NCBI GenBank assembly: GCA_963823335.1 | Contig: CAWGLD010000004.1 | Coordinates: forward strand, 494,817-558,816 | Reading direction: 5' to 3' | From: an uncultured delta proteobacterium | Lineage (GTDB): Bacteria; Desulfobacterota; Desulfobacteria; Desulfobacterales; B30-G6 | Length of the DNA: 64,000 bases | Part shown: positions 21,275 to 32,307 of the stretch, in pieces | Position numbering within the stretch: position 1 is the first letter of the stretch | How the letters are laid out: every line of letters starts with the position of its first letter | Made by a program: the position numbers and the translations under genes | Notes under the pieces: generated by a model | Told to the model about the DNA's origin: nothing | The model's input: the letters and a program-made list of their open reading frames with translations, nothing else | The model's database searches: none

Positions 21275-21582
21275 ATATGATCTTAATTTATTTCAATTAA
21301 TAACAACAGGTTAAAAACAATATGCCCTAAATCAACACCAGGATGCCGCCAAAAGACGGCACCCTGACTACGGACATGAAGACCATGGGGGGGTTCCAAC
21401 GTTCGAAAGCCGCAAATCATGGCCTGGATAGTGTCTCTGCTATCTTCAGACCGATCCGGGTGAGTTGCATGGTAAATGCCGTCGAAAAGCGGCACTGCCA
21501 CCGACAGTTGCCGGTATTCCTGTTCAATTCCTGATATTTCAGCTTGTTTTGGGTGATAGCTTCCTGCAGGTGGTGCCGATGA

Positions 21583-23013
21583 TCACGGTGCCGGGGTATT
21601 ACGGTAGGATTCCACAGAAATGTCGTATCTTTTGATGATTTTCTGGAGAGACTGCCTTTTGATACCACTGATTTTGGCTGACAAGGTAATATTGCCCTGG
21701 GTATGGGCCAGCAGCTGCCGGAGATACTCCACGGTAAAGGTGTGGATGGCAGCCGCCTTCAGCTTTTTGTATGGTTTGGAAACATCCGTTTCCTGTGGCA
21801 CGGCACTCGTCTGGAAAGACACTGCGCCCGGTATGCGCCTGCCGGTGATGGTATCCCCTGCGGTGACCGCACACCATCCCCGGATGGTGTTTTCCAGTTG
21901 ACGGATATTACCCGGCCAGTCTTTTTCAATTAAATAGCGCACGACTTCGGGCGCCAGTTCCTTCTTAGTTGCTTCCTGCTCAATGGAGACCTTGGTCAGA
22001 AAGTGATCCATGAGAAGGGGGATATCCTCCCTGATATGGTCGAGCCGGGGCATAACCAGCGAGGCTACATTCAAACGATAATACAGGTCTTCCCGAAAGG
22101 TGTGGTCGCCCATTTTCCGGATTAAATCCTGGTTCGTGGCAGCGATAATACGCACATTGACCTGGACGCTTTCCGTACCACCCAGAGGCTTGATGGTTTG
22201 GTCCTGCATGAACCTGAGCAGCTTGGTCTGGAGCGATGTGGGCAGGTCCCCGATCTCGTCCAGAAATACCGTGCCGCCATCAGCGCTCACAAGCAAGCCT
22301 TCCCTTTCCTGACCGGCATTGGTAAAAGCGCCTTTTTTATATCCGAACAACTCGCTCTCGAGAATATTTTCCGGCAGGGCCGGACAGTTGACCGTCACAA
22401 ACGGCTTCCGGCTCCGGCTACTTTTGGCATGGATAGCCTTGGCTGCCAGCTCTTTTCCTGTCCCTGTCTCTCCCAGTATCAACACGGTGACATCGGTCCT
22501 GGCAAGCATCTCAATGGTTCTGAAAATTTCCTGCATGGGTTGGCTTCTGCCAACTATGTTTTCAAAAGGCTCAATCGATTTGATCTTGCGAGCCAGGCGT
22601 TCATTTTCGCGCACCAGGCGGTTACGCTCCAGGCTGTTCCGCAATAGATGCAGCAGGCGCTTTTCATCAAAGGGCTTCTGAATAAAATCGTATGCCCCGA
22701 ATTTTATGGCTTCCACAGCCTTTTCAATACTCCCGTAGGCAGTCATGATCACCACGGTCAGATTCGGATCGTCTCTTAAAGCGCTCTCCAGTAACTTCAT
22801 GCCGTCCATTTCCGGCATCCGGATATCTGCCATAACCAGATCTACGATATCCTTTGTCAGGACATGCAGTGCGGCCCGGGCACTCTGTGCCGTAAGAACA
22901 CGGCATCCCAGGGTAATTTCGATGGTGCGCTTCAAACCTGCCAGAAGATCTGCCTCATCATCCACGATCAGGATGGTCTCTTTGGCTGTTGCATACTGCC
23001 CGGTTTCGATCAT
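21583..23013 (-). CDS. NtrC-family sigma54-dependent response regulator
   Basis: Receiver domain (VDDE, ADIRMP), GETGTGKE, ESELFG, GAFTNA, WPGNIRQL, Fis-type HTH. Confidence 0.93.
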   Translation of the reverse strand: MIETGQYATAKETILIVDDEADLLAGLKRTIEITLGCRVLTAQSARAALHVLTKDIVDLVMADIRMPEMDGMKLLESALRDDPNLTVVIMTAYGSIEKAVEAIKFGAYDFIQKPFDEKRLLHLLRNSLERNRLVRENERLARKIKSIEPFENIVGRSQPMQEIFRTIEMLARTDVTVLILGETGTGKELAAKAIHAKSSRSRKPFVTVNCPALPENILESELFGYKKGAFTNAGQEREGLLVSADGGTVFLDEIGDLPTSLQTKLLRFMQDQTIKPLGGTESVQVNVRIIAATNQDLIRKMGDHTFREDLYYRLNVASLVMPRLDHIREDIPLLMDHFLTKVSIEQEATKKELAPEVVRYLIEKDWPGNIRQLENTIRGWCAVTAGDTITGRRIPGAVSFQTSAVPQETDVSKPYKKLKAAAIHTFTVEYLRQLLAHTQGNITLSAKISGIKRQSLQKIIKRYDISVESYRNTPAP

Positions 23014-24992
23014 GATCGGAGCCCTTTCTCTTTCACCCGGGCATCTTTGGATATTTCCGGGTTCAGGGGAAGACAGATCCTGAACATGCTGCCCCTTCCT
23101 GCGTTAGTATGTACCTCAATATCGCCGCCATGCTGCTTGATAATACCGTAACTGACAGACAACCCAAGGCCTGTACCGCCCTTTTCGGATTTGGTGGTGT
23201 AGAAAGGGTCGAAAATCCTGGCTCGATCTTCTTCGCTGATACCGGTTCCGTTATCCGAAATTTCAATCCACAACTCCCTTTCGATGGAATCCACCAGCGT
23301 TCGAATCGTGATGTCCCCCTCTTCTTTAATGGCCTGCTTGGCGTTCATCAGAATGTTCATAAAAACCTGTCGCATCTGCTGGGTATCCACCGTCACACCG
23401 GGAATGTCCCTTCCGTACCGCCGGGTTATGGTAACATCTTTTTCCTGAAGCTGAATCTCAAGAACAGCCAGGACATCATCGATACAGCGATGAATATCGG
23501 TTTCCAATTTCTCCGGCTTCGACACCCGGGCGAAATTCAAGAGGGCTTCCACAATCTGTCTGCAGTTTTGGGTGTGTTTCTGGATAACAGCAATATCGTT
23601 CTGCACCTGTTCACTGATGGAAGGGTCTTTGGTAACCAGGCTGGCATATAAGCGGATAATCTCCAGAGGATTGTTGATTTCATGTGCCACACCCGAAGCC
23701 AACTGACCGATGGAAACAAGTTTTTCTGTCTGGGCCATGGCCTTCTCGAGATGCCGTTGCTCAGTGATGTCATGCAGTACTGCATTGAGTCCGTCGAAAT
23801 GTCCTGTCTTGTCATACCTGGCCGTAGCTGAGATCATGACCATCATTTTCCGGCCGTGCCTGTCCACCATCGATATTTCCAGGTTTCGAACAAAACCCTC
23901 ATCCTTCACCTCCTGGATAAACGGCCGGGCATCCCGGGGGTCCCAGAAAAGCTGGTATACCCATTCGATGGACCGGGCTTCATCCAGGTCGATGAATCCG
24001 AAAAGAAGAATCCCCGCCTGATTGATATCCATCAGACGCTCATCCCGATCAAATATGAGGATTACCTCCTGGGACGTTTCGAATAACTGGCGGTACTTGG
24101 TCTCGGATGATTTCAGATTCTCATGCGCCAACCTGAGATCCGTGGCCACGGCTTCAAATGCGTTTTTCAGCTGTTCGGTCTCATCTCCTGCAGCTTCGAA
24201 ATCCTCTGGGTCGCGGTCCCCACCATTTCCGGAGATACTAGTAAACTTGGTTAAAAGTCCTTTCAGTTCCAGTACGATGGTGCGGTTGAAGAGTAGATAG
24301 AACAGAAAGAAGAGAGAAAACATCGATGTAACCACCAGCAAGAAAACTGCCCAGGAAATCTCCTTGATCCGCTGAAAAGACACGTCCACGGGAATATAAA
24401 TGGTGTCGGCCGCGACAGCGCTGCCCACATCGTAGCGATAACCGCCTTGAACACCGTAAATCCGCTTCATCTCTTTTGGAGCGTCATTCGGATCACCATG
24501 ACAGTAGAGACATTCCGTTTCTGCATATATCGGCCGCAGCCTTGTAAAATAGGATCTTTCTCCTTTCTGGATCAGACCATGCCACTCAGATCTGGCCTTG
24601 TTGGCGTTGAACCAGGCCAGCATTTCCAGTTCAAATTCGTCAGCCTGGTTGATGGGGTTCATGGGATTGAAAGCGGCACGCTTGTACTCAAAATCGGGAA
24701 AGCGGTTTTTCAGACGGCCCATGACCTCCCGTCCCACAAACGAGGTGGACATGGCCTGGGGAATAAAGGCTTCCGGCGGCAGCAGTCCGACAATCGTCGG
24801 TCTGAGCATATCCTTGACATAGGTCCGTGTAGCATCTGCCGTTGCGATGAATATCTCTGTCTCCTTGTAGATAGTCTCGGTGACATTGTTTTTCAGATAT
24901 AGATAGGCAACTATGGAAGTTGCCGCACAAAAAACGATCAGGATGCATGCCGCCCCGATATGAAACCGGGTCTTGACATTCATTTTTTTCAT
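23010..24992 (-). CDS. Sensor histidine kinase with periplasmic c-type heme (DUF3365-like) and PAS domains
   Basis: Two TM segments flanking a domain with CLYCH, then PAS, AHEINNPL, DNGTG, FDPFYTTK, GTGLGL. Confidence 0.88.
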   Translation of the reverse strand: MKKMNVKTRFHIGAACILIVFCAATSIVAYLYLKNNVTETIYKETEIFIATADATRTYVKDMLRPTIVGLLPPEAFIPQAMSTSFVGREVMGRLKNRFPDFEYKRAAFNPMNPINQADEFELEMLAWFNANKARSEWHGLIQKGERSYFTRLRPIYAETECLYCHGDPNDAPKEMKRIYGVQGGYRYDVGSAVAADTIYIPVDVSFQRIKEISWAVFLLVVTSMFSLFFLFYLLFNRTIVLELKGLLTKFTSISGNGGDRDPEDFEAAGDETEQLKNAFEAVATDLRLAHENLKSSETKYRQLFETSQEVILIFDRDERLMDINQAGILLFGFIDLDEARSIEWVYQLFWDPRDARPFIQEVKDEGFVRNLEISMVDRHGRKMMVMISATARYDKTGHFDGLNAVLHDITEQRHLEKAMAQTEKLVSIGQLASGVAHEINNPLEIIRLYASLVTKDPSISEQVQNDIAVIQKHTQNCRQIVEALLNFARVSKPEKLETDIHRCIDDVLAVLEIQLQEKDVTITRRYGRDIPGVTVDTQQMRQVFMNILMNAKQAIKEEGDITIRTLVDSIERELWIEISDNGTGISEEDRARIFDPFYTTKSEKGGTGLGLSVSYGIIKQHGGDIEVHTNAGRGSMFRICLPLNPEISKDARVKEKGLRS

Positions 24993-25137
24993 TGAAGATT
25001 CCTTCGCTGATATTAGGGCCAGTCGCTGCAAGTTAACACGATACCGACGGGTTGTTTGTTCCGCCGCCCTGTGAACCCCGAAAGCTGCGCATCGATCTGC
25101 AAGCAAAATTTTGCAGCTTATCGCTTACAGCGTAAAG

Positions 25138-26022
25138 CTACCTGCTCGGATCCACGTGCACAATGGCCCGGCCAACGTCATCGATGTCATTTATCAGGCA
25201 TACTTCCACTTCCTTGGCAATACCATGCCCTTCTTTCACCGTCAGTGACGCATCAACGACAATATGAATTTCTATCTGGTGCAGGCCGCCGGAGGTACGA
25301 ACACGCAGGTCGTGAATCTCCATTACCCCTCCCGTGCTCAGGGCGCACTGCCGAATACTGTCCATGGTGGCAGGATTCGGCGCTGTATCGCTCAGTTCCC
25401 GAAATGTGTTGCCCATGATGTCGAGGCCAACTTTTAGGATAAAGAAAGAAACCAGCAAGGCAGCAAAGGCATCGAATATGTGCCAGGAAGGTTTGATCTG
25501 GGCCAGAGTAACTCCTGCCAATACAGCAACCGACGAAAGGGCGTCTGAGCGATGGTGCCAGGCATTGGCCACCACGAGCTGGCTCTTCATACGGCGCCCT
25601 GCCCGCACGGTGTATCGATAGAGCACTTCCTTCAGTATGATGGAGGCACCCGCCCCGATGATAGCCAACGCATTGGGGTGGGACTCCTGGTGCAGATAGA
25701 TATCTTTGGCTGCCTGAAAACCAAGGTACATAGCTGTGATAAGCAGCGATATACCCACGATAGCCGTAAATAAGGCTTCGATACGACCATGACCGAAAGG
25801 GTGCCTGTCATCGGGGGGTCTGCGTCCCCGCCAGATTCCGATCAGCACTACCACATCGGTGAAGAGATCGGAAAACGAATGCACCGCGTCGACAATCAAA
25901 GCGTTGCTTTTCCCGAAAATGCCTGCCACCAGCTTGAGCCCTATCAAAGCAATGTTGACCAGTGCCCCGATCAGCGTGACGTTACGTCCGCTCGCATCTG
26001 ATGGTGATATATTGTTTCTCAT
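25138..26022 (-). CDS. Cation diffusion facilitator (FieF-like)
   Basis: DAVHSFSD, HPFGHGRIE, WHHRSD, VHVDP. Confidence 0.92.
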   Translation of the reverse strand: MRNNISPSDASGRNVTLIGALVNIALIGLKLVAGIFGKSNALIVDAVHSFSDLFTDVVVLIGIWRGRRPPDDRHPFGHGRIEALFTAIVGISLLITAMYLGFQAAKDIYLHQESHPNALAIIGAGASIILKEVLYRYTVRAGRRMKSQLVVANAWHHRSDALSSVAVLAGVTLAQIKPSWHIFDAFAALLVSFFILKVGLDIMGNTFRELSDTAPNPATMDSIRQCALSTGGVMEIHDLRVRTSGGLHQIEIHIVVDASLTVKEGHGIAKEVEVCLINDIDDVGRAIVHVDPSR

Positions 26023-26235
26023 GATGCATCCTGAATTGTGTGCTTCAGCTCTTTAAGAATATTGAAATTTACTTAGTCTCATAATCGAAACCACTTTTCA
26101 AGCCAACACAATTAAAAACGTGTAACGATGTGACAACCTGCTGGACAACGAACTCAAGGAAATCATTATAACCGATACGTCGGGAAATGCCCACACGTTT
26201 AAATAGGATCACACGCCGACCCAAGTTTTCAACCC

Positions 26236-26263
26236 TTGACTTCTTGAGCTATCCGTTTATAAT
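26236..26263 (+). promoter_or_regulatory. Sigma70-type promoter of the sugar ABC operon
   Basis: TTGACT-N16-TATAAT about 75 bp before the start codon. Confidence 0.5.
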
Positions 26264-26339
26264 CACTTAAATTCCTACCCGACATACCAAGCCCTTTCAT
26301 TTGTTCAAACCAACCTACAAGGATCGAAAGGAGGAGACA

Positions 26340-27593
26340 ATGAATTCAACGTTATTTAAAACAATCGCTGTCTTAATATTGGTGGTGTTTCTTGTGCCCT
26401 GTGCTTTTTCCGGGGAGGTTGAAGTCCTTCACTGGTGGACCTCCGGTGGAGAAGCAAAATCTGTTTCTGTCTTGAAGGATCTTCTTGAAAAGGAGGGCCA
26501 CACCTGGCAGGACATGGCCGTAGCCGGCGGAGCGGGCGCTAATGCGATGACCGTTTTAAAATCAAGGGCGGTTTCCGGGAACCCGCCCACCGCAGCGCAG
26601 GTGAAAGGTCCCCAGATTCAGCAATGGGGCGATGAAGGCGTATTGACCAATTTGGATGATGTGGCCATGGCGGAAAACTGGGACAAACTCCTGCCCAAAG
26701 TTGTTGCCGATATCATGAAATACAAGGGCCACTATGTTGCTGTTCCCGTAAACGTTCACAAGATAAACTGGATGTGGGTCAATCCCGAGGTGTTTAAAAA
26801 ATCCGGGGCAACGATACCCACCACCTGGGCTGGATTTGAAACAGCAGCCAAAAAGATAAAAGCAGCCGGATTTATTCCTGTGGGCTGGGGTGGACAGAAC
26901 TGGCAGGAAGCCACCGTTTGGGAATCCATCGTGCTGGGCGTCGGGGGGGCTGCTTTTTACAGGAAAGCACTCATTGAGGCCGATCCCAATGCGCTGGGAA
27001 GCGCCACAATGGTAAAATGCTTCGATACCCTGCGGATGGTTCTGGGGTATATCGATAAGGACGCTCCTGGTCGGGACTGGAACCTGGCCACATCCATGGT
27101 AATCCAGGGCAAGGCCGGCATGCAGTTCATGGGAGACTGGGCCAAAGGTGAATTCAAAGCCGCGGGAAAAAACTACGGCACGGACTATATTGCCATGCCA
27201 GTTCCCGAAACCAGCAACGGGTATCTTTTCAATGTGGACAGCTTCATTATGTTCAAGGTCAAGGACGCGGGTGCCAAAGAAGCGCAGAAAGCCATGGCCC
27301 GACTCATCATGGGGCCCAAATTCCAGGAAGTATTCAACGTAAACAAAGGCTCCATTCCCTGTCGCCTGGGCATGTCCCGCAACCCATTCGATTTTCCGGC
27401 CATCTGTTCCTTTGATACCTTTGAGGCCACCGCGGCTGGGGGCACACTCCTGCCGAGTATGGCGCATGAAATGGCGGTCTACCCGGCCATTCGCGGTGCC
27501 ATGTTCGATGTTGTAACCAGCTTCTGCAACTCAAGTATGACCTCCCAAGAGGCTGCCAAAAATCTTGCCACAGAGGTCCAGAGTGCCATTTAA
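26340..27593 (+). CDS. Sugar ABC transporter substrate-binding protein (glucose-binding GtsA-like)
   Basis: EVLHWWTSGGEA, VPVNVH, QFMGDWAKGEF, signal peptide, GGAGG RBS. Confidence 0.88.
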   Translation: MNSTLFKTIAVLILVVFLVPCAFSGEVEVLHWWTSGGEAKSVSVLKDLLEKEGHTWQDMAVAGGAGANAMTVLKSRAVSGNPPTAAQVKGPQIQQWGDEGVLTNLDDVAMAENWDKLLPKVVADIMKYKGHYVAVPVNVHKINWMWVNPEVFKKSGATIPTTWAGFETAAKKIKAAGFIPVGWGGQNWQEATVWESIVLGVGGAAFYRKALIEADPNALGSATMVKCFDTLRMVLGYIDKDAPGRDWNLATSMVIQGKAGMQFMGDWAKGEFKAAGKNYGTDYIAMPVPETSNGYLFNVDSFIMFKVKDAGAKEAQKAMARLIMGPKFQEVFNVNKGSIPCRLGMSRNPFDFPAICSFDTFEATAAGGTLLPSMAHEMAVYPAIRGAMFDVVTSFCNSSMTSQEAAKNLATEVQSAI

Positions 27594-27716
27594 CCCGGCA
27601 ATTTCAAAAACCTGATCGGTTCGGGCTAAAGAAACTTTAGAAATAATAGAGCAACAGCTTCCACATCTTTGGCTGCGGAAGCTGTTGCAACCTAAAATGC
27701 GAACGGTAACCATTCG

Positions 27717-28634
27717 ATGACGTCGATAGCGCATACAAACACAGTTCCCAAAAGGAGCATTTTTGACCGCATCGAATATCTTCTGCCCAAAATTGTCCTT
27801 GCGCCAACCTTTATCGCCGGACTGGTCTTTGTATACGGTTTCATCCTCTGGACAGCAGTGCTCTCTTTTACAAGTTCACGTCTGCTGCCGAAATACGAAT
27901 TTGTCGGTCTGTACCAGTATCTTAAACTTTTCACCAATGACCGCTGGTGGGTGGCCAGTAAAAACCTTCTTGTCTTCGGATCCCTGTTTGTTGTCATTTG
28001 TGTCCTTCTGGGACTTTTTCTCGCGATTCTGCTGGACCAGCGGATTCGTATTGAAGGCGCTATTCGCACAATCTACCTTTACCCCATGGCGCTTTCCTTT
28101 ATCGTCACCGGTACGGCCTGGAAGTGGATCCTGAACCCCTCTCTGGGTTTTGAACGACTTATCCGGCAACTTGGTTTTGAGAATTTTTCTTTCGACTGGC
28201 TGGTTAATTCCGATATGTCCATATACACTGTGGTCATCGCCGGTGTATGGCAGTCGTCCGGTTTTGTCATGGCACTTTTTTTAGCTGGGTTGCGTGGTAT
28301 CGATGATACGATTATCAAGGCAGCCCAGGTGGATGGCGCCAGCCTTGCAAGAATTTACTGGCGGATTATTATCCCAAGTCTTCGGCCTGTATTTTTCAGT
28401 GCCGTCATTATCCTGTCTCACATCGCCATCAAAAGTTTTGATCTTGTCATGGTGCTCACGAGGGGCGGTCCGGGATATTCATCGGACCTTCCGGCAACAT
28501 TCATGTATGCGTTTGCCTTCACCCGCAGCAGGCTCGCTTTTGGAGCTGCAAGCGCTATGGTGATGTTCGGCGCCGTAATGGCGGTTATTATCCCGTATCT
28601 CTATTCGGAATTGAGGGTGAAACGTAATGGATGA
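27717..28634 (+). CDS. Carbohydrate ABC permease
   Basis: EAA-like loop KAAQVDGA and TM segments. Confidence 0.9.
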   Translation: MTSIAHTNTVPKRSIFDRIEYLLPKIVLAPTFIAGLVFVYGFILWTAVLSFTSSRLLPKYEFVGLYQYLKLFTNDRWWVASKNLLVFGSLFVVICVLLGLFLAILLDQRIRIEGAIRTIYLYPMALSFIVTGTAWKWILNPSLGFERLIRQLGFENFSFDWLVNSDMSIYTVVIAGVWQSSGFVMALFLAGLRGIDDTIIKAAQVDGASLARIYWRIIIPSLRPVFFSAVIILSHIAIKSFDLVMVLTRGGPGYSSDLPATFMYAFAFTRSRLAFGAASAMVMFGAVMAVIIPYLYSELRVKRNG

Positions 28635-29514
28635 CCCAACCTTTTATAGGGCACCCATAACAGCAGGGGGATTTGCCGGCAGGGTGTTCATCTATGGCCT
28701 GCTGATTCTGATGGCTCTTTACTTCCTGCTGCCATTTATTGTCATGGTCCTGACATCCTTAAAGACCATGGAGGATATCCGAACCGGAAACCTGATTTCA
28801 TGGCCTATAGAATTCACATTGGATGCCTGGAAAGCGGCCTGGGGTTCGGCCTGTATTGCTGTGGAATGCAACGGCATCAAGGTCTATTTCTGGAATTCCG
28901 TTAAAATAGTCATCCCGGCGGTTATGATTTCCACCCTCATGGGTGCAGCAAATGGATATGTATTCTCCAAATGGAAGTTCCGGGGCAGCGAAGTCCTGTT
29001 CTCTGCCCTGTTGCTGGGTTGCTTTATACCCTTTCAGGCCATATTGCTCCCCATGGCGCAAACTTTAGGGAAACTAGGGCTGTCTCAGAGTCTTGCCGGC
29101 CTGATACTTGTCCACATAGTATACGGACTGGCATTTACAACCCTGTTTTTCAGGAACTATTACGTCACGATCCCGGATGAACTTGTCAAGGCAGCTCGCA
29201 TCGACGGCGCAGGCTTTTTCAGGATATTCTGGAAAATTTTACTGCCGGTCTCCACACCCATATTCGTGGTCTGCGTCATCTGGCAAACGACCCAGATCTG
29301 GAACGACTTTCTGTTCGGCGTTGTCTTCTCCGCAGGCGGCAATCAACCCATCACGGTGGCATTGAACAATCTGGTCAATACTTCAACGGGTATAAAGGCG
29401 TATAACGTCGATATGGCTGCAGCCATTATTGCCGCCACGCCGACACTACTGGTGTACATTATCGCAGGAAAGTATTTCGTACGCGGTCTGACGGCGGGCT
29501 CCGTCAAAGGGTAG
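28627..29514 (+). CDS. Carbohydrate ABC permease
   Basis: KAARIDGA, WNDF, FVRGLTAGSVKG. Confidence 0.9.
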   Translation: MDDPTFYRAPITAGGFAGRVFIYGLLILMALYFLLPFIVMVLTSLKTMEDIRTGNLISWPIEFTLDAWKAAWGSACIAVECNGIKVYFWNSVKIVIPAVMISTLMGAANGYVFSKWKFRGSEVLFSALLLGCFIPFQAILLPMAQTLGKLGLSQSLAGLILVHIVYGLAFTTLFFRNYYVTIPDELVKAARIDGAGFFRIFWKILLPVSTPIFVVCVIWQTTQIWNDFLFGVVFSAGGNQPITVALNNLVNTSTGIKAYNVDMAAAIIAATPTLLVYIIAGKYFVRGLTAGSVKG

Positions 29515-29569
29515 TCTAATCAGACCATCCATTGGAACAACCGCTTTGCAAAACTGGAATTAATAACTT

Positions 29570-30682
<1,113 letters not shown>

Positions 30683-30733
30683 TCCGGCAGACAGGGATCT
30701 GCCGGGGGATATTATAGCGCTCTTTAACCTTAG

Positions 30734-31675
30734 ATGCTTTTTTCCATGTCAGTTATGAAACCATATCAAATCGGTATCGATCTGGGTGGAACGAAAACAG
30801 AGACCATACTCTTTGACCCTGCTGGTGACGTGTTGCACCGCACAAGAGTCCCAACCCCCAGAAATGACGATAAAGCCAAAAACTACCTTGCGATTCTGGA
30901 CACCGTCCAGGAGCTGATTCTGGACACGGCCAAACTGATCCCCTGCGCTGGCAAATATACCATCGGGGTCGGAATCCCCGGCACCATCAACCCGGAGACC
31001 CATCTCGTTCAGAATGCCAATACCACCTCTTTAAAAGACCGTCCCTTCAAGGCTGATCTGGAAAAGCGCCTCAACGGAAAAATCTCAATGGAAAACGATG
31101 CAAATTGCTTTACCCTGGCGGAAAGCATTGCCGGTTCAGCCAAAGGATATGGAATCGTTCTGGGAATTATTATGGGCACGGGCTGCGGTGGCGGTATCTG
31201 CGTACATGGTAAAATTCATACCGGCAGTCAAAATATCGCCGGCGAAATAGGACATTTTTCCATCGATCCCAAAGGGGCAAGGTGCTGGTGCGGAAACCGG
31301 GGATGCATCGAGACAAAGTTGAGTGGCACCGGCGTGGAAAACATGTTTTATAAAAAGTTCAATCAACGTCGCAAGATGACAGATATCGTCCAGGGTTACA
31401 GAAACAATGATTTGAGCTGTTTGGACATTTTCGATCAGTTTCTCGACGACTTCGGCCGCTGCATTGGTGGACTGATATCCATCCTGGATCCGGATATCAT
31501 CATTCTTGGCGGCGGTCTGTCAAACATCGAAGAGCTCTATAGCCAGGGCGCTGAAAGGGTAATTCGCTATGCCTTTCATAAGCATGTCCAAACACCCATT
31601 CTGAAGAACACTCTCGGGGATTCAGCCGGTGTATACGGCGCCGCCTGGATCGGCACAGGAGAGCACGTCGCATGA
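30734..31675 (+). CDS. ROK-family sugar kinase (Mak/fructokinase-like)
   Basis: GIDLGGTK, ENDANC, GEIGH, CWCGNRGCIE. Start may be 30755. Confidence 0.88.
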   Translation: MLFSMSVMKPYQIGIDLGGTKTETILFDPAGDVLHRTRVPTPRNDDKAKNYLAILDTVQELILDTAKLIPCAGKYTIGVGIPGTINPETHLVQNANTTSLKDRPFKADLEKRLNGKISMENDANCFTLAESIAGSAKGYGIVLGIIMGTGCGGGICVHGKIHTGSQNIAGEIGHFSIDPKGARCWCGNRGCIETKLSGTGVENMFYKKFNQRRKMTDIVQGYRNNDLSCLDIFDQFLDDFGRCIGGLISILDPDIIILGGGLSNIEELYSQGAERVIRYAFHKHVQTPILKNTLGDSAGVYGAAWIGTGEHVA

Positions 31676-31742
31676 TCAACGCTGTCAGCGAGTCTCTACC
31701 CGTGGAAAAGATGGGCTCAAGATACCCTCTATAAAGAAATGG

Positions 31743-31819
31743 AATTGAAGACCCTCGCAGCATGCGAAGCATTGCCGAACGGCAGAACCTACGAGGGATG
31801 CGCTCGCTTTTTCGGTTCA
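31743..31819 (+). repeat. REP-like family copy
   Basis: AATTGAAGACCCTCGCAGCATGCGAAGC..TTCGGTTCA, shared with 55664-55742 and 62181-62326. Confidence 0.85.
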
Positions 31820-32209
31820 TTAAACGGTAATTTCAATTCGGTTGTTTTCCGGATCCAGTACAACACTTTCGTAATAGCCATCACCTGTTTTCCTGGGGCC
31901 ATCGAGAACCTGATAACTATCCCGGACCAGCTCGGAAGATAGCGCGTCTACTTTCTCCACCGAACCGACAGAGATGGCAATATGGATATATCCGGTAAAC
32001 TGCTGATTGGGATCATTAGCGCTTTCCGGAATAGACGGCATTTGCATGATTTCCAAACGTGCACCAGAATCAAAACTTAAGAAATAAGAAGAAAATATTT
32101 TCCCCTCATGGGTGTATTTTTTATTTGAACTGGCTCCAAAGTATCGCACATAGAAATTTTTTAATTTTTCTATATCCCTGGCCCAAATGGCGACATGTTC
32201 TATTTTCAT
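31820..32209 (-). CDS. VOC / glyoxalase family protein
   Basis: IEHVAIW, RLEIM, GDGYYES..LDPENNRIE. Confidence 0.88.
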   Translation of the reverse strand: MKIEHVAIWARDIEKLKNFYVRYFGASSNKKYTHEGKIFSSYFLSFDSGARLEIMQMPSIPESANDPNQQFTGYIHIAISVGSVEKVDALSSELVRDSYQVLDGPRKTGDGYYESVVLDPENNRIEITV

Positions 32210-32307
32210 GTTATGTTTCAAAATTCCTTTTCCGAAATTGTCAGCAACCCTCCATCATGCCACTTCCCCGCACCCCATCATTCCAATCTCCCACCATTTC
32301 ATGATGC

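Noticed and set aside
26562-27467. 301-aa minus-strand ORF
   Set aside because: Antisense shadow of the sugar-binding protein gene.
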